Translations under genes and position numbers: made by a program
The notes under the pieces: model-generated
Database searches by the model: none
What the model saw: the letters and a program-made list of their open reading frames with translations, nothing else
Told to the model about the DNA's origin: nothing
Shown: positions 51,790 through 64,000 of the stretch, piece after piece
Layout of the letters: each line of letters begins with the position of its first letter
How positions within the stretch are numbered: the stretch's first letter is position 1
DNA from: Eledone cirrhosa
Taxonomy: Eukaryota
Length of the DNA stretch: 64,000 bases
Direction of reading: 5' to 3'
Assembly (NCBI GenBank): GCA_964016885.1
Contig: OZ024745.1
Location: forward strand, 73,036,001-73,100,000

Positions 51790-52780
51790 TATCATCATCA
51801 TCATCATCGTTTAACGTCCATCTTCCATCGGTTTGGACGGGAATTTTCCCACTTGAGGCAAGATTGGTCGTCCTGCTCGTATAGGACTGTCTGGCGGGTT
51901 TTCCACATTTACAGTGTGGGGCTGGGAGGTTTTTACCGTGTTACCTACACGCCCAAATTACAGCGTGGACTGTGTTTTTTTTGTTGTGACACCTACACGA
52001 CCTCATTTATTTCGGACTGGATGTTGTGGTACCAACATAACTTTACATCGAAAGGGGTGGTGTGGATGGGGTGGGGGTAGAGGGACGAGGGTGTATTTTT
52101 GTTAAGAGGTGCCTACTGACTGTAGGTTTCGCTTTGTACTTAGGCAAGGCGGGTCTTCTGTATTACTGTGTAGCGCCAAAGATCTCGGTCCAGTGACATT
52201 GTCTTGGAGGGGTGTAAGTGTGTGAGGTTGGAATTTATCAAGTCGTCCCAGGTTTTTCTGGGTCTGCCTACTCCGTGGCTACCGTCTATTTTTATCGCCC
52301 TGCACTTTTTTATACAGCTGTCGTCTTTCATGCACATCACGTGACCGCACCAACGTAGTCTTCTCTCGAGTAAACAACATCTGATCCCTCTTATTCATAA
52401 TTTTTTCCTTAGTTCGTTTATGCTTTGCCGTTCACGTATATTACTATTACACATCCAGCGGAGCATGCAAGCTTCGTTCCTCTCCAGTCTGCGTATATCC
52501 TCTGCACACAATGCCCAGGTCTCACTGCCATGTAACATTGCTGTTCGTATGCAGGCATCATACAGCCTGCCTTTCATTTTTAGAGAGAACCCTTTAGCGG
52601 CCAATAGTGGTATAAGCTCTCTGAACTTTTTCCATCCCGTTCTGACTCTAGCTACTGTACTTTCAGAGCACACTCCCCCACTGCTGATTTTATCACCCAG
52701 GTAACGGAAGCTGTCCACTATTTCTATAGAACCATCTGTGCAATGGAATGAGCTAGTATTCTGTGGGCACTTGCTGCTAC
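51790..52780 (-). mobile_element. RTE LINE 3' fragment with (GAT)n tail
   Basis: DSFRYLGD..LHGSETW..RLERNE, GRPRKTW. Near-identical to part of the 6366-7950 copy. Confidence 0.9.
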
Positions 52781-52820
52781 CTATATATATATATGATATA
52801 TATATAGGTGTGTATATATA

Positions 52821-55243
52821 TCATCATCATCATCATCACCGTTCTTCCATGCTAGCATGGGTTAGACGGGTTGTCCTGTTGTGGGCAGTGTCTGGTCGGC
52901 TGACCATGCCTTGCTCATACAGGAACTGATTTGGCTTGATTTCTACAGCTGGATGCCCTTCCTAACACCAACCTCATTTACAGTGAGTGCTGGGTGCTTT
53001 TTCGTGGCGCCTACACGTCCACTTTACAGTGTGGGCTGGGTGCTTTTTTGCCGTGGCACCTCCACGACCACCTTGCAGTGGGGGGTGTGGGGGCATATTG
53101 TCTATATGCTTCAGCTTGTACCCATGGGAGGTCGGGTATTCTGTATTACTGCGTGACGCCAGAGGTCATGGTCATGTGTCATCGCCTTTGAGAGGTGTAA
53201 TTGGGTAAGGTCGGCTTTTATCACCTCATCCCAGGTCATCTTGGGTCTCCCCACTCCGCGGTTTCTATTGACTTCTAGTGCTCTGCACCTTTTTATGCAG
53301 CTGTCATCCTTCATACGCATCACATGTCCATACCAACGGAACAGCCTCTCCTGCACACAGCATTTGATTCCTCTTATGCTCAGTCTCTCTCTCAATTCAT
53401 TTATGCTTTGTCATTCGTGTATATTACTATTACACATCCATCGGAGCATGCAGGTTTCGTTTCTCTCTAATCTACGTAAGTCTTCCACCTTCAGCGCCCA
53501 GGTCTCACTACCATGTAACATTGCTGTTCGGATACACGCATCATACAGTCTGCCTTTCATTTTGAGGGAGAAGCCCTTTGCAGCTAGCAGTGGCAGTAGT
53601 TCCCTGAACTTCTTCCATCCCGTTTTTACCCTAGTTATTGTACTTTCTGAACACCCACCTCCGCTGCTAATTTGGTCACCTAGGTAGCAGAAGCTGTCTA
53701 CTGTCTCTACAGAGCCCTTCCAGAGATTGGTGGTACTTGTTTCCTGTGGCTGTTTGCTGCTTGCTGTCCCAGTACAGCTGCTGCATGTGAAGCCTACATT
53801 CTTATTTAAGCTTCCTGAGATCCCGCTAAATCTCTTGTGTACCCATTGTTTGCATTTGGGGCAAGGCCATTTCCCTGAGGGGATCTGGGTTCTGTTTTCT
53901 CATCTACTTACAAGGACCTTAGTCTTTGTCATGTTGACTTTGAGACCCTTTCTTTCTAGTCCCTGCTTCCAAGTTTGGAATTTCTTCTCTAGTTCTACCA
54001 TAGATTCAGCTATAAGTGCGAGGTCATCAGCATACAGGAGTTCCCATGGGCATCCGGTCTTAAACTCCTCCGTTATTGTCTGCAGGACTATGATGAACAG
54101 GAGAGAGCTAAGAACAGAGCCCTGGTGGACACCAACCTGTACGCTAAATTGCTCGCTATACTCATTGCTAATCCTAACTTTGCTGACTGCTCCCCTATAC
54201 ATGGCTTGTACCGCTTTCACAAGCCATTCATCTACTCCTAGTTTTCTAAGACCCCACCAGATTACAGCACGTGGAACTCTGTCAAAGGCTTTCTCGAGAT
54301 CGACGAATGCCAGGTAGAGTGGCTTACTTTTAGCTAGGTACTTTTCCTGTAACTGCCTGACAAGGAAGAGGGCATCAGTGGTGCTTCTTCCTGGTACAAA
54401 CCCAAATTGCATCTCATCTAGTTTCACCCGGTCCCTAATCAACTGTGCTATAACTCTGTCTGTTACTTTCATGACCTGGTCCATCAGCTTTATACCTCTA
54501 TAGTTTCCTCTATCTAGTGCATCACCTTTACCTTTGTAGCAGTTGACAATGATGCTACTGCACCAATCTTTTGGTATGACACCTTCTACTATTACCTGGT
54601 TAACAATACGTGTGGTTATAGTGTGACCTACAGACCCAGATGCCTTCAGCATCTCGGCAGCTATACCCGATGGATCGGTTGCCTTCCCCATCTTCATATC
54701 TTTGATTGCCTTACTTACTATGCTGCTGCTGACTTGTACTGCTGGCCCCTCTATAGGGTCTACTTGGGGTAGGGTCTCTTCTTCCCATGCATTCGCCTCA
54801 TTTAGTAATCTATCATAATGACTCTTCCATGCATCTTTCTTCTCAGCACTTGTGAGGGCAAGCTCACCTTTATCATTCCAGATACACTTCTCTACAATGA
54901 CATCACAATTCTCTCTGACACACTGCCTCACAATCTTGAACACCTCCTGTTTCTGGTCCTCACGTTGCAAAACATGCTTGAATTTTCTATCCTCTGCTTC
55001 CCTCTTGGTCTCTATGTAATGTACCCTGCTCCCCCCATTCTTCGATTCTTTCCATGCCTGTCTCTTGCCCTTAACTGACTCATCTACCTTATTGTTCCAC
55101 CACCAAGTCACTCTCCTCCTGCTTGAGGTCTTACTCCAGCCACAGACCTCATCCGTCGCCTCTAGTAAGTTATTTTTTAGGAATTCCCAGTGCTCTTCTA
55201 CATTGAATGTCTGTATCTGTTCTTCTCTACTGTCGTAGGCATT
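52821..55243 (-). mobile_element. 5'-truncated RTE LINE copy (left arm of inverted pair)
   Basis: RT motifs NYRGIKL, QFGF, DLEKAFD, GVHQGS, LYADD. CGA>TGA stop at 53900, 42-nt deletion in the PHD-like finger, (GAT)n tail. Confidence 0.95.
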
Positions 55244-55262
55244 GAGTAAAATATATATATAT

Positions 55263-57445
55263 AAACAGGAGGTATTCAAGATTGCGAGGCAGTGTGTCAG
55301 AGATAGTTGTGATGTCATTGGAGAGAAGTGTATCCGGAATGATAAAGGTGAGCTTGCCCTCACAAGTGCTGAGAAGAAAGATGCATGGAAGAGTCATTAT
55401 GATAGATTACTAAATGAGGAGAATGCATGGGAAGAAGAGACCCTACCCCACGTAGACCCTATAGAGGGACCAGCAGTACAAGTCAGCGGCAGCGTAGTAA
55501 GTAAGGCAATCAGAGATATGAAGATAGGGAAGGCAACCGGTCCATCGGGTATAGCTGCCGAGATGCTGAAGGCATCTGGGTCTGTAGGTCACACTATAAC
55601 CACACGTATCGTTAACCAGGTAATACTAGAGGGGGCCATACCAAAAGATTGGTGCAGTAGCATCATTGTCAACTGCTACAAAGGTAAAGGCGATGCACTA
55701 GATAGAGGAAACTATAGAGGTATAAAGTTGATGGACCAGGTCATGAAAGTAACAGAAAGAGTTATAGCACAGCTGATTAGGGACCGGGTGAATATAGACG
55801 AGATGCAATTTGGGTTTGTACCAGGGAAAGGCACCACTGATGCGCTCTTCCTTGTGAGGCAATTACAGGAAAAGTACCTAGCTAAAAGTAAGCCACTCTA
55901 CTTGGCATTTGTCGACCTTGAGAAAGCCTTTGACAGAGTTCCACGTGCAGTAATCTGGTGGGCTCTTAGAAAACTAGGAGTAGATGAATGGCTTGTGAAA
56001 GCGGTACAAGCCATGTATAGGGGAGCAGTCAGCAAAGTTAGGATTGGCAATGAGTATAGCGAGGAATTTAGCGTACAGGTTGGGGTCCACCAGGGCTCTG
56101 TTCTTAGCCCTCTCCTGTTCATCATAGTCCTGCAGGCAATAACGGAGGAGTTTAAGACCGGATGCCCATGGGAACTCCTGTATGCTGATGACCTCGCACT
56201 CATAGCTGAATCTATGGTAGAACTAGAGAATAAATTCCAAACCTGGAAGCAGGGACTAGAGAGAAAGGGCCTCAAAGTCAACATGACAAAGACTAAGGTC
56301 CTTATAAGTAGACGAGAAAACAGAACCCAGATCCCCTCAGGGAAATGGCCTTGCTCAGTATGTAGGAAAGGTGTAGGTAGGAACTCCATTCTTTGCCCCA
56401 AATGCAAACAATGGGTACACAAGAGATGTAGCGGGATCTCAGGAAGCTTAATTAAGAATGTAGGATTCACATGCAGCAGCTGTGCTGAAACAGCAAGCAA
56501 ACAGCCACAGGAAACAAGTACCACCAATCTCTGGGAGGGCCCTGTAGAAACAGTAGACAGCTTCTGCTACCTAGGTGACCGAATTAGCAACGGAGGTGGG
56601 TGCTCAGAAAGTACAATAACTAGGGTAAGAACGGGATGGAAGAAGTTTAGGGAACTACTACCACTGCTAGCTGCAAAAGGCTTCTCCCTCAGAATGAAAG
56701 GCAGACTGTATGATGCGTGTATCCGAACAGCGATGTTGCATGGTAGTGAGACCTGGGCGCTGAAGGTGGAAGACTTACGTAGATTAGAGAGAAACGAAGC
56801 CTGCATGCTCCGATGGATGTGTAACAGTAATATACGTGAACGACAAAGCATAAATGAATTGAGAGAGAGACTGAGCATAAGAGGAATCAAATGCTGCGTG
56901 CAGGAGAGGCGGTTACGCTGGTATGGACATGTGATGCGTATGAAGGATGACAGCTGCATAAAAAGGTGCAGAGCACTAGAAGTTGATGGAAACCGCGGAG
57001 TGGGGAGACCCAAGATGACTTGGGATGAGGTGATAAAAGCCGACCTTACCCAACTACACCTCTCAAAGTCAATGACACACGACCGTGACTTCTGGCGTCA
57101 CGCAGTAATACAGGGTACCCGACCTCCCATGGGTACATGCTGAAGCATATAAACAATATGCCCCCCCCCCCCACCGCAAGGTGGTCGTGGAGGTGCCACG
57201 GCAAAAAAGCACCCAGCCCACACTGTAAAGTGGACGTGTAGGCGCCACGAAAAAGCACCCAGCACTCACTGTAAATGAGGTTGGTGTTAGGAAGGGCATC
57301 CAGCTGTAGAAATCAAGCCAGATCAGTTCCTGTATGAGCAAGGCATGGTCAGCCGACCAGACACTGCCCACAACAGGACAACCCGTCTAACCCATGCTAG
57401 CGTGGAAGAACGGACGTAAAACGGTGATGATGATGATGATGATGA
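55263..57445 (+). mobile_element. 5'-truncated RTE LINE copy with open RT frame (right arm of inverted pair)
   Basis: Uninterrupted frame to 57143: full RT domain, C4HC3 PHD-like finger, RTE C-terminus, 3' UTR and (GAT)n tail. No endonuclease and no genuine start codon. Confidence 0.95.
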
Positions 57446-57692
57446 TATATACGCATATATACATATATATGTATGCAGGGAAAAGTGGACGTAAAATGAT
57501 GATGATAATGATGATACATATATAGATACATATTATACATATATATATATATACATATATTCATACGTATATATATATATATATGTATAATATGTATCTA
57601 TATATGTATATATATGCATATATATATATATATATGTATATATGCATATATATATATATATGTATATATACACACCTATATATATATACACA

Positions 57693-57732
<40 letters not shown>

Positions 57733-58064
57733 CATACATATATATATATGCATAGATATATATATATATACATATACACACATTATTCATTCAAGTCTAG
57801 GAATGAGGCTTAACCAGTTTTGTAGGTTTGAAGGAGAATTAAATTCAGCCAGCTGCATTTAATCAGTTCCCTTCACTGTTGGTCTTACATGATATTTACT
57901 GTCTACTTTCTTAAAATATTAAGTACCAAGCTGGTTAGTTAATTAATTATCTTACTAATCATATAGCTACCAACATCTTATACATATATATGTAATATAC
58001 ACACTCATACATATTTATATATATATATATATGTGTTTGTGTGTGTGTGTGTATATAAAGATAT

Positions 58065-58470
58065 ATATCATCATCATCATCACCGTTTTACATCCATTCT
58101 TGCACGCTAGCATGGGTTAGATGGGTTGTCCTGTTGTAGGCAGTGTCCAGTCGGCTGACCTTGTCTTGCTCATACAGGAACTGATTCTGGCTTGATTTCT
58201 ACAGCTGGATGCCCTTACTAACACCAACCTCATTTTACAGTGAGTGGTGGGTGCTTTTTTGCTGTGGCACCTCCACGACCACTCTGCAGTGGGAGGGTGA
58301 GGGTGACATATTGTCTAGGTTCTTCAGCTCTGGCTTGTACCTGTGGGAAGTCAGGTCTTCTGCATTACTGCATGACGCCAGAGGTCATGGTCCTGTGCCA
58401 TCGCCTTTGAGAGGTGCAATTAGGTAAGGTCGGCTTTTATCACCTCATCCCAGGTCTTCTTGGCTCTCCC
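58065..58470 (-). mobile_element. RTE LINE 3' end
   Basis: Matches 52821-53250 including the tail. Confidence 0.85.
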
Positions 58471-58799
58471 TTATATATATATATATATATATATGATATT
58501 AATTCAAAATATTAACAAAATAGATATTCTTGTGATCAAGTATATTTTATTATACATATTTCAGATGTACTGAGTTAAGTTCAAAGCAAGGTACAGAGAA
58601 CACTTAAAGTGTCATGAAGAGGGAAACTGAGTGGAATACACAGATCTGCAGGTTAACAATGCAGCCTTATCTTGCCAAGTGTGTAGTAAAATATTTTGGT
58701 CTAAGTCAGGTATAAATCACCATATCAGTAAAATACATGTAGGTGAGCATGTTGCTGTTCTCTTTGTTGCTAAGGAATGACAAAAAAAATATGTTTTAT

Positions 58800-59139
58800 A
58801 TCATCATTCATCATCATCATTTCATTTTACGTCCACTTTTGCCTACTTGCAAGGGTGAGACGGGAACTGATTCTGGCTTGATTTCTACAGCTGGATGCCC
58901 TTCCTAACACCAACCTCATTTACAGTGAGTGCTGGGTACTTGTTTGCCGTGGCACCTCCACGACTACTTTGCAGTGGAATGATAGGGACCCCAGTCCCTA
59001 TCATCACATTTCTACAGCTGAGTAAACTGGAGCAATATGAAATAAAGTGTCTTGCTCAAGGAAACAACACATCACCCTGTCTTGAACTCACAACTTTTCG
59101 ATTGCCAGTCTATTGCTCTAACCACTAAACCATGTGCCT

Positions 59140-59142
<3 letters not shown>
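58800..59142 (-). mobile_element. RTE 3'-UTR fragment joined to a CORE-like tRNA SINE
   Basis: 'gatttctacagctggatgcccttcctaacaccaacc' plus 'tggagcaatatgaaataaagtgtcttgctcaagg..cttgaactcacaac..ctaaccactaaaccatgtgcctcc'. Confidence 0.7.
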
Positions 59143-59184
<42 letters not shown>

Positions 59185-59186
<2 letters not shown>

Positions 59187-60224
59187 TTCCATGTGCGTAT
59201 TTAACCTGGGTTATGCCTTTTCATTCGTTTGGACAAAGCTCGTTGAGGAAGTAAATTCCCGTCCGCTGGTATCTAGAAGTCTTATATATTTTTATGTGAG
59301 CTGATAGAGGACAGTTTAAGGATTTACACAAACCCAAGAAGCTAGATTTACCATCTTTCTAGCGGGTCCGGGTATGCTTTTTACATTCATTTGATTTATT
59401 GATTTATTGATTTTTTATCTGAGTGTCCCGAATCTTCTAGATCGCAATTTTTCGGTCGTATGGTTGATTATAGACTTGTTCTATGTGTGACGGTATTTTA
59501 ACGATAGTTATAGCTCTGATTTATCTAAATTATTGAGCCCTCTGCCGCTCATATCGAATTTTGTTTATCGTGAACTCGTGCGCCGATTTTCCGATACTCG
59601 ATTATTCTACTATATTTAGCTCTAGACCTAGCTATTGACCAGTTAATTTTATTGTTCATTTTTTGTCGATTCTATTGAATGATGAATACCTCCTGTTTAT
59701 TTTAACATGTCTATTGAGCACTCTTATTCGATATGTGTATTTCCACATTTTCCCGAATATTTTTCGCGGATATAGAGGTTATCTCCCTTGCTGAATTCCA
59801 TGTGCGTATTTAACCTGGGTTATGCCTTTTCATTCGTTTGGACAAAGCTCGTTGAGGAAGTAAATTCCCGTCCGCTGGCATCTAGAAGTCTTATATATTT
59901 TTATGTGAGCTGATAGAGGACAGTTTAAGGATTTACAGAAACCCAAGAAGCTAGATTTACCATCTTTCTAGCGGGTCCGGGTATGCTTTTTACATTCATT
60001 TGATTTATTGATTTATTGATTTTTTATCTGAGTGTCCCGAATCTTCCAGATCGCAATTTTTCGGTCGTATGGTTGATTATAGACTTGTTCTATGTGTGAC
60101 GGTATTTTAACGATAGTTATAGCTCTGATTTATCTAAATTATTGAGCCCTCTGCCGCTCATATCGAATTTTGTTTATCGTGAACTCGTGTGCCGATTTTC
60201 CGATACTCGATTATTCTACTATAT
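59185..60224. repeat. Partial tandem repeat, 609-bp period (A-B-A; A about 430 bp), flanked by (TA)n
   Basis: aattccatgtgcgtatttaacctggg starts at 59185 and 59794. Only a few substitutions between copies. Confidence 0.92.
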
Positions 60225-60277
60225 ATATATTATATATATATATTATATATATTATATATATATATTATATATATTAT

Positions 60278-61234
60278 ACTAGACATGAAAAATGCGCAAG
60301 CTCAAAAGTGCCACAGAATGTTATAATAAACCTTCAAAAGTGTGGGACTAGAGTTGTTGCTAAAAAATATTGTAATCATTATATATCGTACATTCTGTGG
60401 CATCCTTTATAAAAATAGCTTAAACCAACGAAGCCTTTATTTTTACGCTATTTCACTTAGTTAATTCTTAGAGTGTAACATATAAAAATATGATTTACAA
60501 CTATAAAATAAATTAATTAATATAATAACAGAGCTGCGGAGCTGAAATTTAGGAAATAATGGAGTATCGGATCCTGAGTTGGAGCCAGTCAATTTTTGGC
60601 CGACTCCGCAGCCCTGTATAATACATTTCATATTAAAGTTATTAATAAACCTATTTTACACTTCATGCAAATTACCACGAGATATTGATATTAGATATAA
60701 GATACAGCGCAATATCTACAGCTGTAAAAGTACGAAAGCGAAGTAATAATAAGTGGCTTAAGGTAATTCCAATATGAAAGTTTGTAGTGATAAAAATTTG
60801 ATAATGCAATACGATTGTTAATATTATAGTTCTATGAAAATGTAACAATAGATAACTAAATTATTTTACTATTAGTATATTTAAGAAATTATCATTATAG
60901 ATTTGATCGTTCATATAAGCATCATATTAAGTTTCAACACAATTATTTTGTTACTATGAGTATATGATAATAATATTACGTAATTATTTATAGCTGTTAT
61001 TACATTAAACATAGATGTATTTATTTTTATATGTTACACTCTAAGAATTAACTAAGTGAAATAGCGTAAAAATAAAGGCTTCGTTGGTTTAAGCTATTTT
61101 TATAAAGGATGCCACAGAATGTACGATATATAATGATTACAATATTTTTTAGCAACAACTCTAGTCCCACACTTTTGAAGGTTTATTATAACATTCTGTG
61201 GCACTTTTGAGCTTGCGCATTTTTCATGTCTAGT
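60278..61234. mobile_element. Non-autonomous DNA element with 213-bp terminal inverted repeats
   Basis: 60278-60490 is the reverse complement of 61022-61234 (actagacatgaaaaatgcgc.. / ..gcgcatttttcatgtctagt). Confidence 0.88.
60529..60616. mobile_element. Tiny hAT-like MITE nested in the long-TIR element
   Basis: Termini cagagctgcggag / ctccgcagccctg with 8-bp flanking duplication tataataa / tataatac. Confidence 0.7.
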
Positions 61235-61824
61235 TTAATATTTTTTTAAGGCAACGCTTGTAATAACTCTAGTTAAACAGGATATATATTAATAATAAAT
61301 TATCGTTGTAATGTAATTAGATTATGTAATTGTTATTATAAATTATCTTATAAATATTAGTGTAAGATGTATAAAAATATTTTCAGACTTTTAATATAAA
61401 CAACTACAAAAAACAATCAATATTAAATCAATATATTATACATAATAGAAAACATAAAATATACAATACAAAAACAAAATATTTACATACAATTGCAATT
61501 ATCAGTGTATATACATTTTCTTTATATTCCCTGAGCAAATTAATAAGATTTGTTTTTATTGTACATAATTTGATGACTTGTTGGAGTGTATTAAAAGATA
61601 GCAACAATTTGTGATTAAATTGTTATCTTAAGCAACTCACTTTTTAATAGTTGTTGGCTGAGCAAAATTGTAAAAGCCTATGAGCAAATATAAAAAAAAA
61701 TACACAAACAACATTTCCTTGTGTTATTACAACATTAGATAAAATAATTGAGCAATGTCGTTATATTTTGCTCTTATTGCACATTAATAGTGTTTCTATT
61801 TTTCGGCACAAATCCATTACGGCA

Positions 61825-61955
61825 GTCCATTACTGGTACTTTATTTTATCGAATTAGTAAGTATGAAAGTCGAAGTTAACCTCGGCAGTATTTGAACTTA
61901 GAATGCAAAGGACCATAACAATACTGCAAAGCATGGTGTCTGACGCTCTACCAAT
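61825..61955 (-). mobile_element. tRNA-derived SINE copy (family A)
   Basis: tactggtactttattttatcga..aacctcggcagtatttgaactta. A shorter piece lies at 62770-62817. Confidence 0.7.
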
Positions 61956-62351
61956 ACTTGTGTTGAGCTGGTCATTAATTTATGGTGGTCGTGCGTGGAG
62001 TAGAGCAATCGCTAGTTGAAATATTATGAACAAAACATTTTTATTTGCCGAAGAACATATTTTCAATACTGTTTGTGAATGTGACGAAGGAAATACATTC
62101 TGATATGGAACAGTGTACAAAGTGTGTCTGTGAATAACATAATGTTACCTCATGTTGTTGTCAAGACATAATGGATTTCGTATATCCAGTTAGAAGATGA
62201 AACCTAGCCATCTCGGATTAGTTATATTTCATGCCATGTGTAAACGTGTTTGAGGATAGCAAAATATGCGCGTTAATTATAATAATTAGTTAATAATATT
62301 ACAAAATATACCTAATTAAACTCTTTGCTTGAAATTTTATCATTCTTCGTT

Positions 62352-62406
<55 letters not shown>

Positions 62407-63178
62407 TTATCTAGTCCTTCGCTCAAGATTAATCTATAAGTTTAGATGTTTGCCTTCGTTTAAGTAAATATTACAGTAAGATTTTTAATATAAACAACTA
62501 CAAAAAACGATTAATATTAAAACGAAAAAATTATCAATGATAAAAGAAGCGGATGCAACTTTTTTTTTTATAAAGTTATATTCCTGTTTCTTTAAAGAAC
62601 ATTTCATTTTTGTTCTATTGTAGGCGAAATAATGCAATGGTTTAATAGGGAAGATATAACTTACCAATTATGTCTCTAACCGTGTAACGCTTTTTAAGTA
62701 GATAACTACAATTGAAAATACTAAAGAAATGGAACCAACAATTCAATTTGAAAGTCGTCTAGTGACAGTGTATTACTGGTACTTTATTTTATCGACCCCG
62801 TAACGATGAAAGGCAAAAATGCAAATGCTTAAAATTTAAATTGCCTTAATTCTATCGTCTTCTGTTTCATTAAAGGGAGATTATCGTCTGTATTTAATTC
62901 TATCGTCTACTGTTCCACTAAACAGATATACCTCCACTATCGTCTCTATTTATACAATTTAACTTATAACTTATACACATTTGATTTGAAATATTTTATC
63001 TAGTCCCCCCTCTCAATATTATGATGATTTCTTTCGAATGAAACAGTTCTAGTCCTGTAGAAGCCATTTATATATATAATTGAACTGAGTTAAAAATTCA
63101 CAATATTTATAATTAAATAAGCTCATATATATATGTGTGTATTTATCTGTTTATTGTATTATATATAATGTGTGTATA

Positions 63179-63330
63179 TACAGGATGTCCCCCAAAAATA
63201 TATACACACTTCAACAGCATTCTAATAACTATTGCCTGTACAGGTAATCAAAGTGTCAATCGAATGTTAGTTTCGTGTTTTAACAGTACAAATTTACAAT
63301 ACACACATAAAACCAGTGTATATACATACA
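63179..63330 (+). mobile_element. Probable Tc1/mariner-type terminus
   Basis: TA|CAGGATGTCCCCCAAAAA resembles the TA|CAGGGTGTCC ends of Tc1/mariner MITEs. The partner end is not seen. Confidence 0.4.
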
Positions 63331-63812
63331 TGAGTATGTATACACATACATGAATGTGTATATACAATATATATGTATATATATATAGACACATATATTC
63401 ACGGTGCAACGGTACATTAAAATATAGATGCGGGAGAGGGGGGGGGGGTGTATATATAGGGGCGCTGGGGATAAAGGAGTGTAAAGCGTGTGTAATTGAT
63501 ATATTGAAGGAGAGGAGCGTGCAGCGATAGAGTAACAAATATATAGAGAGGGGGAGAGATGGTATTGAAGGGGAGGAGTGCAAAGCGAAAGAGTAAGAGA
63601 TATATATAGAGACGGAACAGATAGAGAGAAACAGGCGTAAGTAACAGTGGAAGAGATATAGAGAGAGGTACTCTGATTGGTTGAAAATTAGCCAATGACA
63701 TACGATCACCACCACCACGGCTATCCCCGAAAAATTTTTAAAGAAGCTAGGCATATATGTTAGAACACGAAAAGTGAACATTCTGTTGTTTCACACTTTT
63801 CGTGTTCTAACA

Positions 63813-63887
63813 GATATATATATTATATATATATATATATATATCATATATATATATTATATATATATATATATTATATATATATAT

Positions 63888-63921
<34 letters not shown>

Positions 63922-64000
63922 ATATATATATATTATATATATATATATATTATATATATATATATATTATATATATATATTATATATATATATTATATAT
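63813..64000. repeat. (TA)n / TATATAT degenerate microsatellite
   Basis: Direct reading. Confidence 0.95.

Noticed and set aside
55242-57143. 633-aa ORF as a domesticated or autonomous RT gene
   Set aside because: The start is a TTG in flanking/TA sequence, the endonuclease is missing, and it is simply a young 5'-truncated RTE copy.
59295-59345. Hammerhead in the A-B-A repeat (gagctgatagagg...)
   Set aside because: The core reads CTGATAGA rather than CTGANGA, and no stem II or III can be formed.

Overview
AT-rich eukaryotic (animal) DNA, almost entirely transposon relics and microsatellites ((TA)n, (CA)n, (TTA)n, (TATG)n, (GA)n). The SINE/RTE repertoire suggests a cephalopod such as Octopus (inference). 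Recognisable elements: a mariner relic, CRE-clade and R4/Dong-clade LINE fragments, many RTE LINE copies (one with an open 633-codon RT+PHD-like frame, part of a head-to-head inverted pair), a near-complete Tx1-clade LINE embedded in (TTA)n, a degenerate CsRn1-type Ty3/Gypsy element with 5' LTR and PBS, a Helitron RepHel pseudogene plus non-autonomous Helitron pieces, three Naiad-type Penelope-like elements (PLEs), MITEs and tRNA-derived SINEs. The most notable signal is absent from the ORF track: five minimal type I hammerhead ribozyme motifs. Three lie in a 1.8-kb PLE-derived element (28696-30511) containing a perfect 513-bp palindrome with one hammerhead per strand. The only host-gene evidence is a candidate minus-strand signal-peptide exon (1795-1918) and a possible upstream non-coding exon near 17.45 kb. 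Boundaries of degenerate elements are approximate.
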